A stretch of DNA of 64,000 bases from Prorocentrum cordatum (Eukaryota): assembly GCA_963575745.1 (NCBI GenBank), contig CAUYUJ010000292.1:62001-126000 (forward strand), given 5' to 3'. The notes under the pieces are model-generated. The model was not told where the DNA came from, ran no database searches, and saw nothing but the letters and a program-made list of their open reading frames with translations. Below, in pieces: positions 1 through 10,485 of this stretch. A program made the position numbers and the translations under genes. Position 1 is the first letter of the stretch. Each line of letters opens with the position of its first letter.

Positions 1-450
1 CCAAGGCGGGCCTCACAGTCTGCCAACTGATTTCCTTGAAAATCGAGGAAGCTCTCGTGCGAGTCATCCTTTGGCCCGCTAGCATGGGTTTTTACCTTGA
101 CGGCCTGGAAATCACCTTCCTGACTGAAGCTGTCCTGGATCTGGGCCCAGATTCTGCCCCAGAGGTCGGCGCGTGGCCTCCTAGGGCTGCAGCACCAGCT
201 GGGACCTCTACGGAGGCCTCGAATGACTGAACTGTTGTCTATCCCTACCCTCAGAGGCGGGTGAGCGCTATTCAGCAGCTTGAGCAGTCCATACAGCTCA
301 GCACGCAGGACGGAGGCTAGGCTACGCAGCCCTGGGAGGGCCCCCCGCATGGCCTTAACAGCCCCCCCGTCCTGGTCCAGGAATACGTAGCCCCAACCGA
401 AACTCTTGAGCCCTGGTGGGCCTCTGGCCGATCCGTCGGAGTAGGCCCAC
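1..450 (-). other. RNase H domain of ORF2 (absent from the ORF track because the frame runs off the window)
   Basis: Hand translation: WAYSDGSARG...FGWGYVF...VLRAELYGLLKLL...RVGIDNSSVIRGL...ADLWGRIW...VKVKTHA...GNQLADCEARL. The D-E-D-H-D residues are all present. Confidence 0.9.
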
Positions 451-1599
451 CCTGAGACCAGCGGGGGATTGACAAAATCGGGGTTCTCCTCCTCCAGGGC
501 AGAAATCCAATCAGACTGCGGGTCCTCCAGGGGGCGCTCGTGAAGCCCACGAAAGAAAAGGAGGGAGTCCGAGGTGGAGGATTCAGCACGATGCACGATC
601 CCTTGGAGGCCCTCATCCTCGGCTACGGTGGCTCTCGCTGCTCCTCTATCGGGGCAACAAAGGAAACGATGGTGCTGGCATCCGACTTCAGCGCCGCAGG
701 CTTGACAGGACCTGTCGTCCCCGAAACCCGCACGCCAGACCTTGTCCTGGGTCCAGAAGTCGCGGCCCATGTAGGCCAGGATAGCCGATCGCCTCTGCGG
801 CGATCGGTTAGCCTTCCGTCGAAGGAGAGCCCTAATAGGCTCAAGGAAGGGACGGGTGATCCCGAGGTCCCTGGAAGCCGCCCAGGAGGTCATCACCGCA
901 AATTCCAAACGGGACCAGATCAGCTTCTTAAGACACTGCGGTGCTGTCCTGCGCAACGCCCACTGCTGCCCGAGATGGTCGGAGAAAACATGATAGGCAG
1001 GCCACGTCCACGAGAGGAGTCTGAGTGTGGCCCAGACGGCTGAAGCGGGCCCTTTTATCTGCCTCCAGGGGTTGCTCCCAGGCTTGGCGGCAGCGGCCGC
1101 CGCGACAGCTCTGCGCCACCCCGCAGCCATGATCTCCTCATGGCTGCCAGCAAAGATAGCCTCCGCCCATTTGAGCAGTGGCTTCGTGCAGGCATCGACC
1201 AGGGGGTCGCAGCGCAGCGTCCACAGGCGGAGCAGTCGGTCCTTACCGATTGCGTTCCCGCCCAGCGCCGAGGCCATGAGCGCCCTTGCTCGGGTGAGCC
1301 GAGTCGGGTCCATTCCGAGGCAGACCGCCCCATACAGCACAGAAGGGGGAAATCCCATGCGCGCGACTTGAAAGGTGCGCGCGCCCTGCTTGCCTAGACT
1401 CGATAACTTACTTCTACGCCGCCTAGCGCTCCCCATTCTGGCATCGCCTCTGGCGCGCAGCGACACAACTCCTCCTCCCGCCGAGTCGGCTCCGAGCTGC
1501 GTGCTGCTGGTCTGGACCTCCAGTCCAAGGCTGCGGGCCCACCCTTTGATGCGGGCTCTCAAGGAGCGCTGCGCTGTCAGGATGAACCCCTTGCCCGTT

Positions 1600-2420
1600 G
1601 GCTTGTCTGGTCGGACCTGGAGACTGGGATCCCACGGGCCCCCATCACTTCTATATACTGAGTTGTGGCCGCATGCATCGAGGCCGAGACATCCGCCTCC
1701 GCACCTCGGGCCTGAATGCTTAAATCATCGACAAAAAGCTTCATCGGCAAGGCGGGGTACTCCTGCGCCAGCCCGTCTACGACTGACAAGATGGCTAGCT
1801 TGAGGCATCTCGTGCCCCCGCTGCTACCCGCAATGACTGCTGAGAATGTGGTGACCGAATGCACCGACACCACGCCGCGGAAAGAAACAAAGCGCCTGGC
1901 CGTGTATATCGAGATTAGAAGCTTCAAAAGTTACAACCGAAACTGGTGCTTGGGCGCCTCGGCCCAAAGCAAGTACATTGTGACATGCTCGAACGCCTTC
2001 TCTAGGTCTAGGACCGCCGTAGCCGTTACCTCACCAGGCTGGGCCCCTTCGTCGAACAACATTTGCTGCCAAATCGCTTCCTCTGAGCCCCCTCCTGGCG
2101 CCGCGAAGTCGTAGTCTCGTCGAATCTCCCGCTCCCAGTCATGGAGCTGATGCGAATGCGCGCGCTCCACCAGCCGCGCGGCCGTGGTGAGGAGGCCGAT
2201 GGGCCGAGTCCCCCCACCCTGCTTGGCCAGCAGGAAGTACATCACGTAGCGCAGCTGGGGGGCCACCTGGCCGTGCGCGACACGCATGCGACGAAGGCTG
2301 CCAGGAAGGCAAGCCCTTCGCCCCCCAAGCTGACGAACCACCTGGGGTGCCAGCTGTCTACCCCGACCCCCGTGTGCTCTGGGAAGGCCTTGCATATGGA
2401 CCTGATGTCGTCCGCCGTCG
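1600..2420 (-). other. Reverse transcriptase domain of ORF2
   Basis: TGVGVDSWHP, FLLAKQGGGTRPIGLL, VLDLEKAFEHV, AVIAGSSGG, and catalytic LFVDDL at about 1721-1738. Confidence 0.92.
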
Positions 2421-3329
2421 GCTCGACCATGCTATGCTCGAAAGTGGCCGATTCCCAGGGGCGTGGGAGCTCGCCTCGGCTCTGGGCGCCGTGAGAGGTC
2501 CAGAGGTCGATCCACTTCAGCGCCTCCAGGTCGACCGCGGCCTGAGGGCACGTCATGTCCAGGTTGGTGTGCCCTCGGGCCCCAAGCGCAGGGTCGACCC
2601 CCTGGCGCCACTTCGACATGCGGTGGACGAAGCCTGCACCTCCTTGTGAGCCGCCCTTAGCCCCTGGCGCCACGCCTTGGCCCTCTGGTCTCGGAGTCCC
2701 TGATCGATGACGTGGGCCTGCTGCGTGGCCCGACGCTGCAGCTCCATCGCCCTGGGGGCATCCTCCCAGAGCGCGTCGCCGTCCCAGGTGAGGTCGCCCA
2801 GCGCGAGGAGCTCGGCGTGCACCGCCTTGGCGTCGTCACCCAGCGCGTCGCACCAGCGGGCTGCCCCGTGGTGAAGGCGCCTGCGCAGGCGCCGCCACTG
2901 GTCGGCGTACGGCTGCCAGTCGCGCCTCTGACGGGCCGCCTGCGCCAGCCAGACGATGTCCCCGACACGGCTGGCCACCCAGCGCCATGCCCTGGAGCGC
3001 GTGGTGCCCCTGGGCCTCGCATGCGCCTCTGGGCCTGCGATCGGGGCTCTGGCCCATCGGGGGTGGCCCTGCAGGTCGTGGATGCCTCGCCGACGAGGTA
3101 GTCTGCCTCGCCGACGAGGTCGTGGATGCCCTGCAGGTCGTGCTCGGCCGCCGCCGAGAACCCCGCCCACAGCTCCTCCAGCTCGGCGTCGCTGTAGTTT
3201 GCTCCACTGTCGAGGATCGGCCATGCTGGAGGCTCCCGCCGACAGCCCACGGGGAGGCGAGTCGGGAAAGCCCGAGGCTTGACCAGCCTCCAGCCTAGCC
3301 GCTCCCGCAGTGACCTCTCCGTCGCGATG

Positions 3330-3997
3330 GCGACGGGGCTGTGCGGGGCGGTGGACGCGTCGAGCACCTCCGCTGCACCGAAGGCTGACGCGATACGCGT
3401 GTCTACCACGAAGTAGTCGATGACTCTTCCGCCCCCCGTGCCTTGGCAGGTGGGGGCGGCCGAGGAGAAGATGGTGCCCCCAACGTCGGCCACCCACCCC
3501 GTGGCCGTGAGCGTGTCGGGGGTGTTGTTGAAGTCAGCCTGGAGGACCCATGGGATGTCGTAGGCCCTCACGAGCTCGCCAATGGCGTCCAAGATGGACA
3601 GGTTGCGGACGGTCCAGCCCTCGGAGGCCCAGAAGTAGGCGCTGAGGACCATGAGGCCTCCTCGAAGAAACCCAGGGGCCCAGGCCGCCGCCAGCCTTCC
3701 TGGCGATCCTGGCGGCGGGAAGTCGAAGGTGTCCACGCCTTCGAGGTAGGTGAGGCCCACGCAGCGTGGGGCGACGATCCCCACCCCAGCCACTCTGCCG
3801 CCCCCTGGCCCCACCGCTGCGGGTGCGAGGGCGACGGTGAGGTGCCTCTGGAAACAGCTGGCACTAATCTCGCCGACGTAGTCGCTGGTGAGGCGGTGCC
3901 CCTGCACCAGCATGATGGCGTTTCTGCCCAGCGGCATCTCGTCCAAGTGGTCGACGAGGGTGCCCCAGGCGCTGCCGTTGAGGCCTCTGAGCACCAT
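3330..3997 (-). other. APE/EEP endonuclease domain of ORF2
   Basis: MVLRGLNG...IMLVQGHR...MVLSAYF...WVLQADFNN...RVIDYFVV...APHSPV. The metal-binding QE motif reads QG (GGG at 3900-3902, one transition from GAG). Confidence 0.85.
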
Positions 3998-4975
3998 GCC
4001 AGGCTTGGCGCGGCGCCCCTTGCCTCGAGATCTGGGCCTCCAGTGCCCCTCTCCCCAGCTGGGCTGCTTCGGCCACCCCCCCGTCGGGGGAGCCGAGCTG
4101 GGGGCGCTCGTGTCGAGAGGCGTCGACCACCCGCACGTCTGCGGCTCTCGGTCCCACGAGCACATCGCTGGTGGCATCGGCCACCCGCCTGTCGGCGGCA
4201 CCAGCGAGAGGGGCGCATGGGGAGAGGCTTCGGCCACCCGCGCATCCGCGGCTCTCCACTCATGCGCCACTGGGGCCTCTTCCGAGGCGTTTGTGGCCGT
4301 GTTCGAGGCTGTGCTGAGGTCCATGTCGGGCTTTGCCTTGCGCCCCTTGCCTCGCGGTCGGGATTCCCAATATTCCTCTCCCCAGCTGGGCTGCGTCGGC
4401 CACCCCCCCGTCGGGGGAGCCGTGCTGGGGGCGCTCGTGTCGAGAGGCTTCGACCACCCGCACGTCTGCGGCTCCCCGTCCCACGAGCTCATCGCTGAAG
4501 GCTTCGACCACCCGCCTGTCGGCGGCACCAGCGAGAGGGGCGCATGGGGAGAGGCTTCGGCCACCCGCGCATCCGCGGCTCTCCTATCATGCGTCACTGG
4601 GTCCTCCTCCGAGGCATCAGTAGCCGTAGTCGAGGCTGAGCTGACACCCATGCCAGGCTTGGCGCGCCACCCTCTGCCCCGTGACCGAGGCCTCCAGTAA
4701 TCCTCTCCCCAGCTGGGCTGCATCGGCCACCCCCTCGTCAGGGGAGCCGAGCTGGGGGCGCTCGTGCAGAGAGGCGTCGACCACCCGCACGTCTGCGGCT
4801 CTCCGTCCCACGAGCTCATCGCTGAAGGCTTCGACCACCCGCCTGTCGGCGGCATCAGCGAGAGGGGCGCATGGGGAGAGGCTTCGGCCACCCGCACATC
4901 TGCGGCTCTCCACACCTGCGCCTCTGGGGCCTCTTCCGTGGCATCCGTGGCTGTGCTCGAGGCTGAGCTGCCGCC
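3995..4975 (-). repeat. Three in-frame tandem copies of a 327-bp (109-aa) unit immediately N-terminal to the APE domain
   Basis: Anchor cagcgagaggggcgcatggggagaggcttcggccacccg at about 4202, 4529 and 4856 (period 327). Peptide RAADxRVAEASPHAPLSL.PPTGGW...QPSWGE..W...R.KP.M occurs three times. Confidence 0.95.
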
Positions 4976-5375
4976 CAGCCGTCGGAGCCACGGCGCGAGC
5001 TGCTGGCGGCGGAGCGTGTCCGCGCCCCTGAGCGCCCTCCGTGCCCAGGTACTCGAGGAGGAGCTGTCGCCGTCCCCGTCCAGGATGTCGAGGCCCTCCT
5101 CTATGGCTGGGACGTGGACGCACGTCCCCACGATGAAGGCGACCCGCTTTGGCCCAGGCTGCCAGCGCCTGCCCGCCCTTCGGGGCAGCTCCTTCTGGTC
5201 GGGCGGAGGAGGCGCCCCCCTTGTAGTGGTAGTGCTCGTAGAGGTGGTGGGGGTCTCCACGACCCCGTCGATGTCGTGAGGAACGGCTGGCGCTCCTCGC
5301 CCTCGCGCGGCAGCCTTGCCCCGACCGCGGCGTGGGCGCTGGCGCCACCGTCGCCAGCCTTGCGGGGCTGGCCCC

Positions 5376-6503
5376 TCAGTCGCTGGAGTCTGTGTCCGCC
5401 CCTGGGGGTTTGACGGCAGCCCGCTCCAGGATCCTGGCTCGGACGTCCTGTGCCAGCTCGCGCTTGGGAGTCCTGCCCGTGGCCCCCGCAGGAGCAGCGG
5501 TGCCTGCCGCGCCGCCTCCGCTGGCTGCAGCAGCGCCGCGAGCACCGTCAGCGCCAGCAGGGGGAGGGGTTTTTGGCCCCGCTGTGGGGGCTGCCTTGGA
5601 CGCGGCCGCCCCTGGCTGCTTGTAGTCTGCGCCACCTTTGCCTGCCGCCTTGCCTGCTGGCGCCGCTGCGGCGGGAGCTGCGGCGGCCTCTGGCGGGGGG
5701 GGCTCCGACCGAGCCCTCTTGCTCTTGAGCCTGTCGCTGAAGGCCTGGAGGTCCGCTCGCATCGCGGCGAGCCCCTCCGCCGTTGGGCCGAAGTGCCTCT
5801 TGACCTCCGTCTGGACCTGCTTGGCGAATTGGCCCATCTGCCCCTCGAACTGGCGGTGCTCCTCAGGCGGGATGTCGAGCCCCTCGAGGTCGAAGGCCTT
5901 GCCCGGCCGCACGCTGAGGATGTCCAGGTCGCCCTCGAGCAGCTGCGAGAGGTCCAGGGCTGGCGTGGGCTCCTCCACAGGCGCGACGGCCTTGGGCGCC
6001 GCTCTAGCGTAGGCCTCCTGGACCACCGCCTCCGCGTCGGCGACCTCGTGGATCCAGTTATCCCGCAGTTCCTTCTGGTCCTGCAGCCACCGCTCGCCCT
6101 CGGAGATGCTGTCGATGGTCCTCTTGAGCCCTGCCTCGGCCCTGCGGAGCCGCGCCTGGGCCTGGTTGAGGGCGACGTCTGGGTGCACCTCTGTAGTGTG
6201 CACTCGGGCAAGCGCCTCGAGGTGCTGGGCGGTCTCTGCGTCGCCGTCGGAGATGGTGGCCCGCAGCTGCTTGAGAAGCTCCTCGCGGTTCTGATTGACC
6301 GATGGGCGACTGCGGCCCCGCGAAGAGGCACCGCTGGGGCCCCAGGTGCCCTGCGAGGCTCGCTCTTGTGAGGTGGCTGGCTGCAGTCCCCTCTGGCACT
6401 TGTAGCACTCAGACCTGGCGACCCAGTTCCACTTATACCCACATCCCCTGCACTTCTCGTACTGGCTTCCAGTCCGCTGATCATCCTTCTCATTGCGCCC
6501 CAT
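5376..6503 (-). CDS. LINE ORF1-like nucleic-acid-binding protein, 375 aa (RanBP2-like C4 zinc finger, coiled coil, Ala/Gly/Pro-rich tail)
   Basis: First ATG after the SL (MGRNEKDD...). Motif CRGCGYKWNWVARSECYKC, helical heptad-like stretch ALNQAQARLRRAEAGLKRTIDSISEGERWLQDQKELRD, intact to the TGA at 5376-5378, and located upstream of the APE/RT ORF. Confidence 0.85.
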   Translation of the reverse strand: MGRNEKDDQRTGSQYEKCRGCGYKWNWVARSECYKCQRGLQPATSQERASQGTWGPSGASSRGRSRPSVNQNREELLKQLRATISDGDAETAQHLEALARVHTTEVHPDVALNQAQARLRRAEAGLKRTIDSISEGERWLQDQKELRDNWIHEVADAEAVVQEAYARAAPKAVAPVEEPTPALDLSQLLEGDLDILSVRPGKAFDLEGLDIPPEEHRQFEGQMGQFAKQVQTEVKRHFGPTAEGLAAMRADLQAFSDRLKSKRARSEPPPPEAAAAPAAAAPAGKAAGKGGADYKQPGAAASKAAPTAGPKTPPPAGADGARGAAAASGGGAAGTAAPAGATGRTPKRELAQDVRARILERAAVKPPGADTDSSD

Positions 6504-6671
6504 GCGCGGCCGTGAAGAACTGATATCCTGCCCAACCAGTACGGTACAGGAGCTCCTCGGAGCGTATACAAAATGTGAGGGCGCCTGCCTTGCCCAGCAG
6601 ACCCCTGATGCGCGGGCCGAGCCTGCTGGGCAGCCCCTTGGTCTCTGCAAACCACCTCGAGAAATGGTTTA

Positions 6672-6692
6672 CTTGAGCCAAAATGGCTACGG
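6672..6692 (-). other. Genomic copy of the dinoflagellate spliced leader (CCGTAGCCATTTTGGCTCAAG)
   Basis: Plus strand cttgagccaaaatggctacgg is the exact reverse complement of the invariant 21 nt of DinoSL (DCCGTAGCCATTTTGGCTCAAG). It is followed by TAAAC rather than a GT donor, so it is not an SL RNA gene. Confidence 0.95.
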
Positions 6693-6699
6693 GGCGGGG

Positions 6700-7335
6700 G
6701 AGAGGGAGGAGGAGGAGGAGGAGGAGGAGGAGGAGGAGGAGGAGGAGGAAGAGAGGAGGAGGAAGAGGAGGATGAGGACGACAAGACGGAGGCGGCTTAA
6801 CACTGCGAGCTTCGTCGCTCAGAGCCTGGCCACCGCAAAGACAGGGGGGGGACAGGATGAGGAGGGAAGGGAAGGAGGGGGAAGGAGGGGGAAGGAGGAG
6901 GAGGAGGACGGAGGGGGCGGAGGAAGGGAAGTAGGGAGATGAGAGAGAGGAAGGTATAGACGGAAGAAGGAGAGGGATGATAAGGAAGAGGAGGGGGGCG
7001 AGGGAGAGGCGCAGGAGGGTGTAGGGAGGAGAACGAGGAGGAGGAGGAGGAGGAGGAGGAAGAGAAGAGAAGAGGGAGGAGGCGGGAAGAACGGATGCGG
7101 AGGAGGTAGAGGGAGAAGGAGTGGAGGAGGAGCAAGCAGCAGCAGCAGCAGGAGGATAGGGGGAGGAGGACGCGGAGCAGGAGGAGAAGGGAGACGGAGG
7201 AGGGACAACGCGGGAGGGGGATGAGGAAGGAAAGAAGAAGCGGGTGCGGGAGGGGAACGAGAGCATTCAAACGAGCGGGGATGGGGAGGAGAAAGCAGAG
7301 GGGGAGGAGGAAGAGGAGGGAAACGAGGAGAAGGA
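6700..7335. repeat. Degenerate (GGA)n purine-rich microsatellite
   Basis: Visible gga/gag runs with a short unique island at about 6780-6845. Confidence 0.9.
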
Positions 7336-7549
7336 AGCTGGTGCGACGCCAACCTGCGTACAAAAAAACACCACAGCCTGCAGACGGAGAGGGCTGGCGA
7401 CGGGGCGGTGGCTGGGCAATGGAACAAGAAGAAGCTGCTGCGGGAGGACAACGAGAACAGGCGAGGAAGAGGTGCCGCAGGCAGCATCAACCCCGCAATC
7501 GACCAACCATTACCCCCATACCTCTCCTCCTCGTCCTCCTCCCCCTTAC

Positions 7550-7710
7550 CACCACATCACCACCTCAACAATCGCCACCACCATCATCACAACAACCATC
7601 AGCATCGTCAGCCTCGGCATCATCAGCATCAGCATCAACATCAGCATCATCCTCATCACCACAACCACCACCATCATCGTCAGCATCATCCACATCATCA
7701 GTAGCATCAG

Positions 7711-7742
<32 letters not shown>

Positions 7743-9170
7743 ACATCATCATCACCATCAGCAGCATCATCAGCATCATCAGCATCATCAGCGTCGCCAT
7801 CAGCATCATCATCATCATCATCACCACCACCATCATCATCATCATCATCATCATCAGCATCATCAGCACCGTCGTCGTAGTCAGACTCGTCGCCGTCGGC
7901 GTCGTCGTTGTCATCCTCATCGTCGTCCGCATCAGCATCCTCAACATCAGCATCAGCAGCATCAGCATCCCTGTCAACATCCCACCACCAGCATCATCAT
8001 CAGCATCAGCATCAGCATCCTCACCATAAGCATCATAACCATCATCAGCATCATCGTCAGCATCGTCGCCATCGTCGTCATCAACCTCATGATCGTCATA
8101 ATCATCGCAAGCAATAGCATGCTCATCATCATCAACACCATCAGCAGCATCAGCAGCACCAAAATCAAAATCAGCATCATCATCATTATTATCATCAGCG
8201 TCATCATCATCATGATCAGCATCGGCATTATCATCATCGTCGCCGTCATCAATGTCAACGCCATCATCATCAGTCGCAGCATCGTCAGCATCATCCTCCG
8301 CAGCGTCACCATCGTCATCCTCTATCTGCGTATCATCATTACCACCGCCACCACAAGCATCGTCATCATGATCACTCTCATCGCCACTGCCATCAGCATC
8401 AGCATCAGCATCAGCCGCCTCCTCATCATCAGCATCAGCACCATCATCACCATCATCATCAGCATCATCCTCATCATCGTCGTCAGCATCATCATCATCA
8501 CCACCAGTCCCATCACAATCAATTGTCCACCTCCTCCCCCTGTCCGACCCCTCCACGCGCCCGTCCCATTATTCCTCCTGAGCATCAGCATCCTCGCAGC
8601 AGCAGTGTCATCATTAGCATCATCAGCATCAGCAGCATAGAATGCATCATCGTCGTCCTCATCGTCGTCATCACCACCATCATCAGCACCATCATCAGCA
8701 CCATCAACCTCACCAGCATTAGCAGCGACAGCACTCTCAGCAACAGTAACGTGCGTCGTCGTCGTCGACGTCATCAGCATCAGCATCGTCATCATCAGAA
8801 CCGTCATCCCCATCATCATTCAAACCGTCGTCGTCAACATAACCGACAGCAGCATGATCAGCAGCATCGTCAGCATCATCATCAATATTATCAGCAGCAG
8901 CAGCATCGTCACCAACAGCGTCAACAGCGGCAGCATAGTTGACATCCCCATCGTCATCACAATCATGAGCAGCGTCGTCAGCATCATCATCAGCATCATA
9001 ACCACCATCGTCATCAGTAGCATCATCAGCATCAGCAGCATAACCATCATCATCAGCATCATCGCCATAATCAGCATCGACATCGCCATCGCCAGCATCA
9101 TCATCATCATCATCAGCATCATCATCATCAGCATCATCAGCATCATCATCATCATCATCATCATCATCAG

Positions 9171-9246
<76 letters not shown>

Positions 9247-9259
9247 GTCATCGTCATCG

Positions 9260-9295
<36 letters not shown>

Positions 9296-9680
9296 GCATC
9301 ATCATCATCCGCAGCATCCTCGTCAGCGTCGACAGCATCATCGTCATCAGCATCATCATAACCATCGTGGTCGCTCTCGTCCTCATCGAAGACACCATCA
9401 ACAGCATCACCACCATAATCAGCATTGGCATTAGTATCGTCATACTCATCGTCAGCATCAACAGCGCCAATATCCTACCCCTCTTCCTCCTAATCCCCAT
9501 CATCCTCACCATCATCATCATCATCATCATCAGCAGCATCGTCATCATCAGCATGAGCATCACCAGCATCATCAGCATCAGTATCAACAACCTCATCCTC
9601 ATGCTCATCCTCATCATCACCGTCATCAGAATCATCGTCGTCGTCGCCGGCAGCATGATCACCATCAGAATCGTCATCAG

Positions 9681-9723
<43 letters not shown>

Positions 9724-9930
9724 GCCATGTTGTCGCGATCGTCATCAACATTATCGGTGCCAGCATCATCATCGTCATCATCGCAGACATCTCCATGATC
9801 AGTATCATCGTCATCCGCATCACCACCATCACCAGCACCATCACCATCACCATCACCATCATCATAATCATCATCTCCACCACCACCATCAACATCGTCA
9901 TCACCATCACCATCAACAACGTCGTCGTCG
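7550..9930. repeat. Degenerate (CAT/CAG/CAC)n trinucleotide tract
   Basis: About 2.4 kb of catcatcagcat; source of the spurious poly-I/M/D/H ORFs. Confidence 0.95.
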
Positions 9931-10054
9931 TCATTCCCTCCTTCCCTCCTCCGCTTCTTTCTCCAACTCCTAACTCCTTCCTCCTCCTCCTCCTCCTCCT
10001 CAATTAAACCTCCCTCTCCCAATGCCCCCTTCCCATCTGACTGGGAGAGGGGAC

Positions 10055-10181
10055 CTCTTCGTGATGATCTGGTCCTCTGTGATGACGTGAACGACGCCGC
10101 CCCAGCCAGCCAGGCAGTCGCGGTCCACCGCGGACAGGAGGCACCTGGCAGCCCAAAAATGGCCTCCACCACCGCCTTCAC
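10055..10181 (-). CDS. Two candidate exons (10145-10181 and 10055-10076) joined by a 68-nt GT-AG intron: VKAVVEAIFGLP/EDQIITK; product unknown
   Basis: Unique island between microsatellites: ctcag|GTG...CCAG|gtgcc...cacag|AG GAC CAG ATC ATC ACG AAG AG|gt. Phases are compatible and third positions are GC-rich. Confidence 0.5.
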
Positions 10182-10204
10182 CTGAGCCTCCCCCGCAGCC
10201 GCAT

Positions 10205-10360
10205 GCCTCCTCTCCCTCCTGCTCCTCGTCCTCCCCCTCCTCTCCTCCTCCTCCTCCTCCCCCGCCTCAGCCCCCCTCATTCCCTTCTTCCTCCTCCTCC
10301 TCCTCCTCCCTCCTCCTCTTCTCCTCCTCATTATCCTCCTCCTCCTCCCCCTCCTCCTAC

Positions 10361-10395
<35 letters not shown>

Positions 10396-10485
10396 ATCCT
10401 CTTCCTCCTCTTCCTCCTCCTCCTCCTGCTCCTCCTCCTCCTTCCTCTCCTCCACCTCCTCCACCTCTTCCTCCTCCTCCTCCTC
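10205..10485. repeat. (CCT)n microsatellite
   Basis: Visible cct runs. Confidence 0.9.

Larger units (their letters stand above)
1..6493 (-). pseudogene. LINE ORF2 polyprotein, disrupted by about 4 frameshifts (near 3090, 2660, 2255, 1620) and one in-frame stop (1931-1933); true start uncertain
   Basis: Stitched from track ORFs 2657..6784, 2553..3497, 2242..2673, 1931..2395 and 1577..1927, plus an unlisted frame open from about 1620 to the window edge, translated by hand. Confidence 0.85.
1..6692 (-). mobile_element. Non-LTR retrotransposon (LINE; ORF1 + APE/RT/zinc knuckle/RNase H ORF2), 5'-complete and headed by a spliced leader; 3' end lies outside the window
   Basis: Collinear minus-strand motifs: APE (LRGLNG, LVQGH, VLSAY, WVLQADFN, RVIDYFVV, APHSPV), RT (LAKQGGGTRPIGL, LDLEKAFEHV, LFVDDL), zinc knuckle CQACGAEVGCQHHRFLCC, and RNase H (YSDGS, RAELYG, IDNS, KVKTH, GNQLAD). 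Preceded by a separate ORF1 and a DinoSL. Confidence 0.95.

Noticed and set aside
6672..6692. SL RNA gene
   Set aside because: The SL exon is not followed by a GT donor or an SL intron; it leads directly into the retroelement leader.
2657..6784. The 1375-aa track ORF as one gene starting at 6784
   Set aside because: Its start lies in the flanking microsatellite upstream of the SL, and its last roughly 145 codons are out of frame after the lesion near 3090. Only 6493-3090 can belong to the element.
10148..10166. SL-like GGCCATTTTTGGGCTG on the minus strand
   Set aside because: Partial, gapped match better explained as the codons A-I-F-G-L of the candidate exon.
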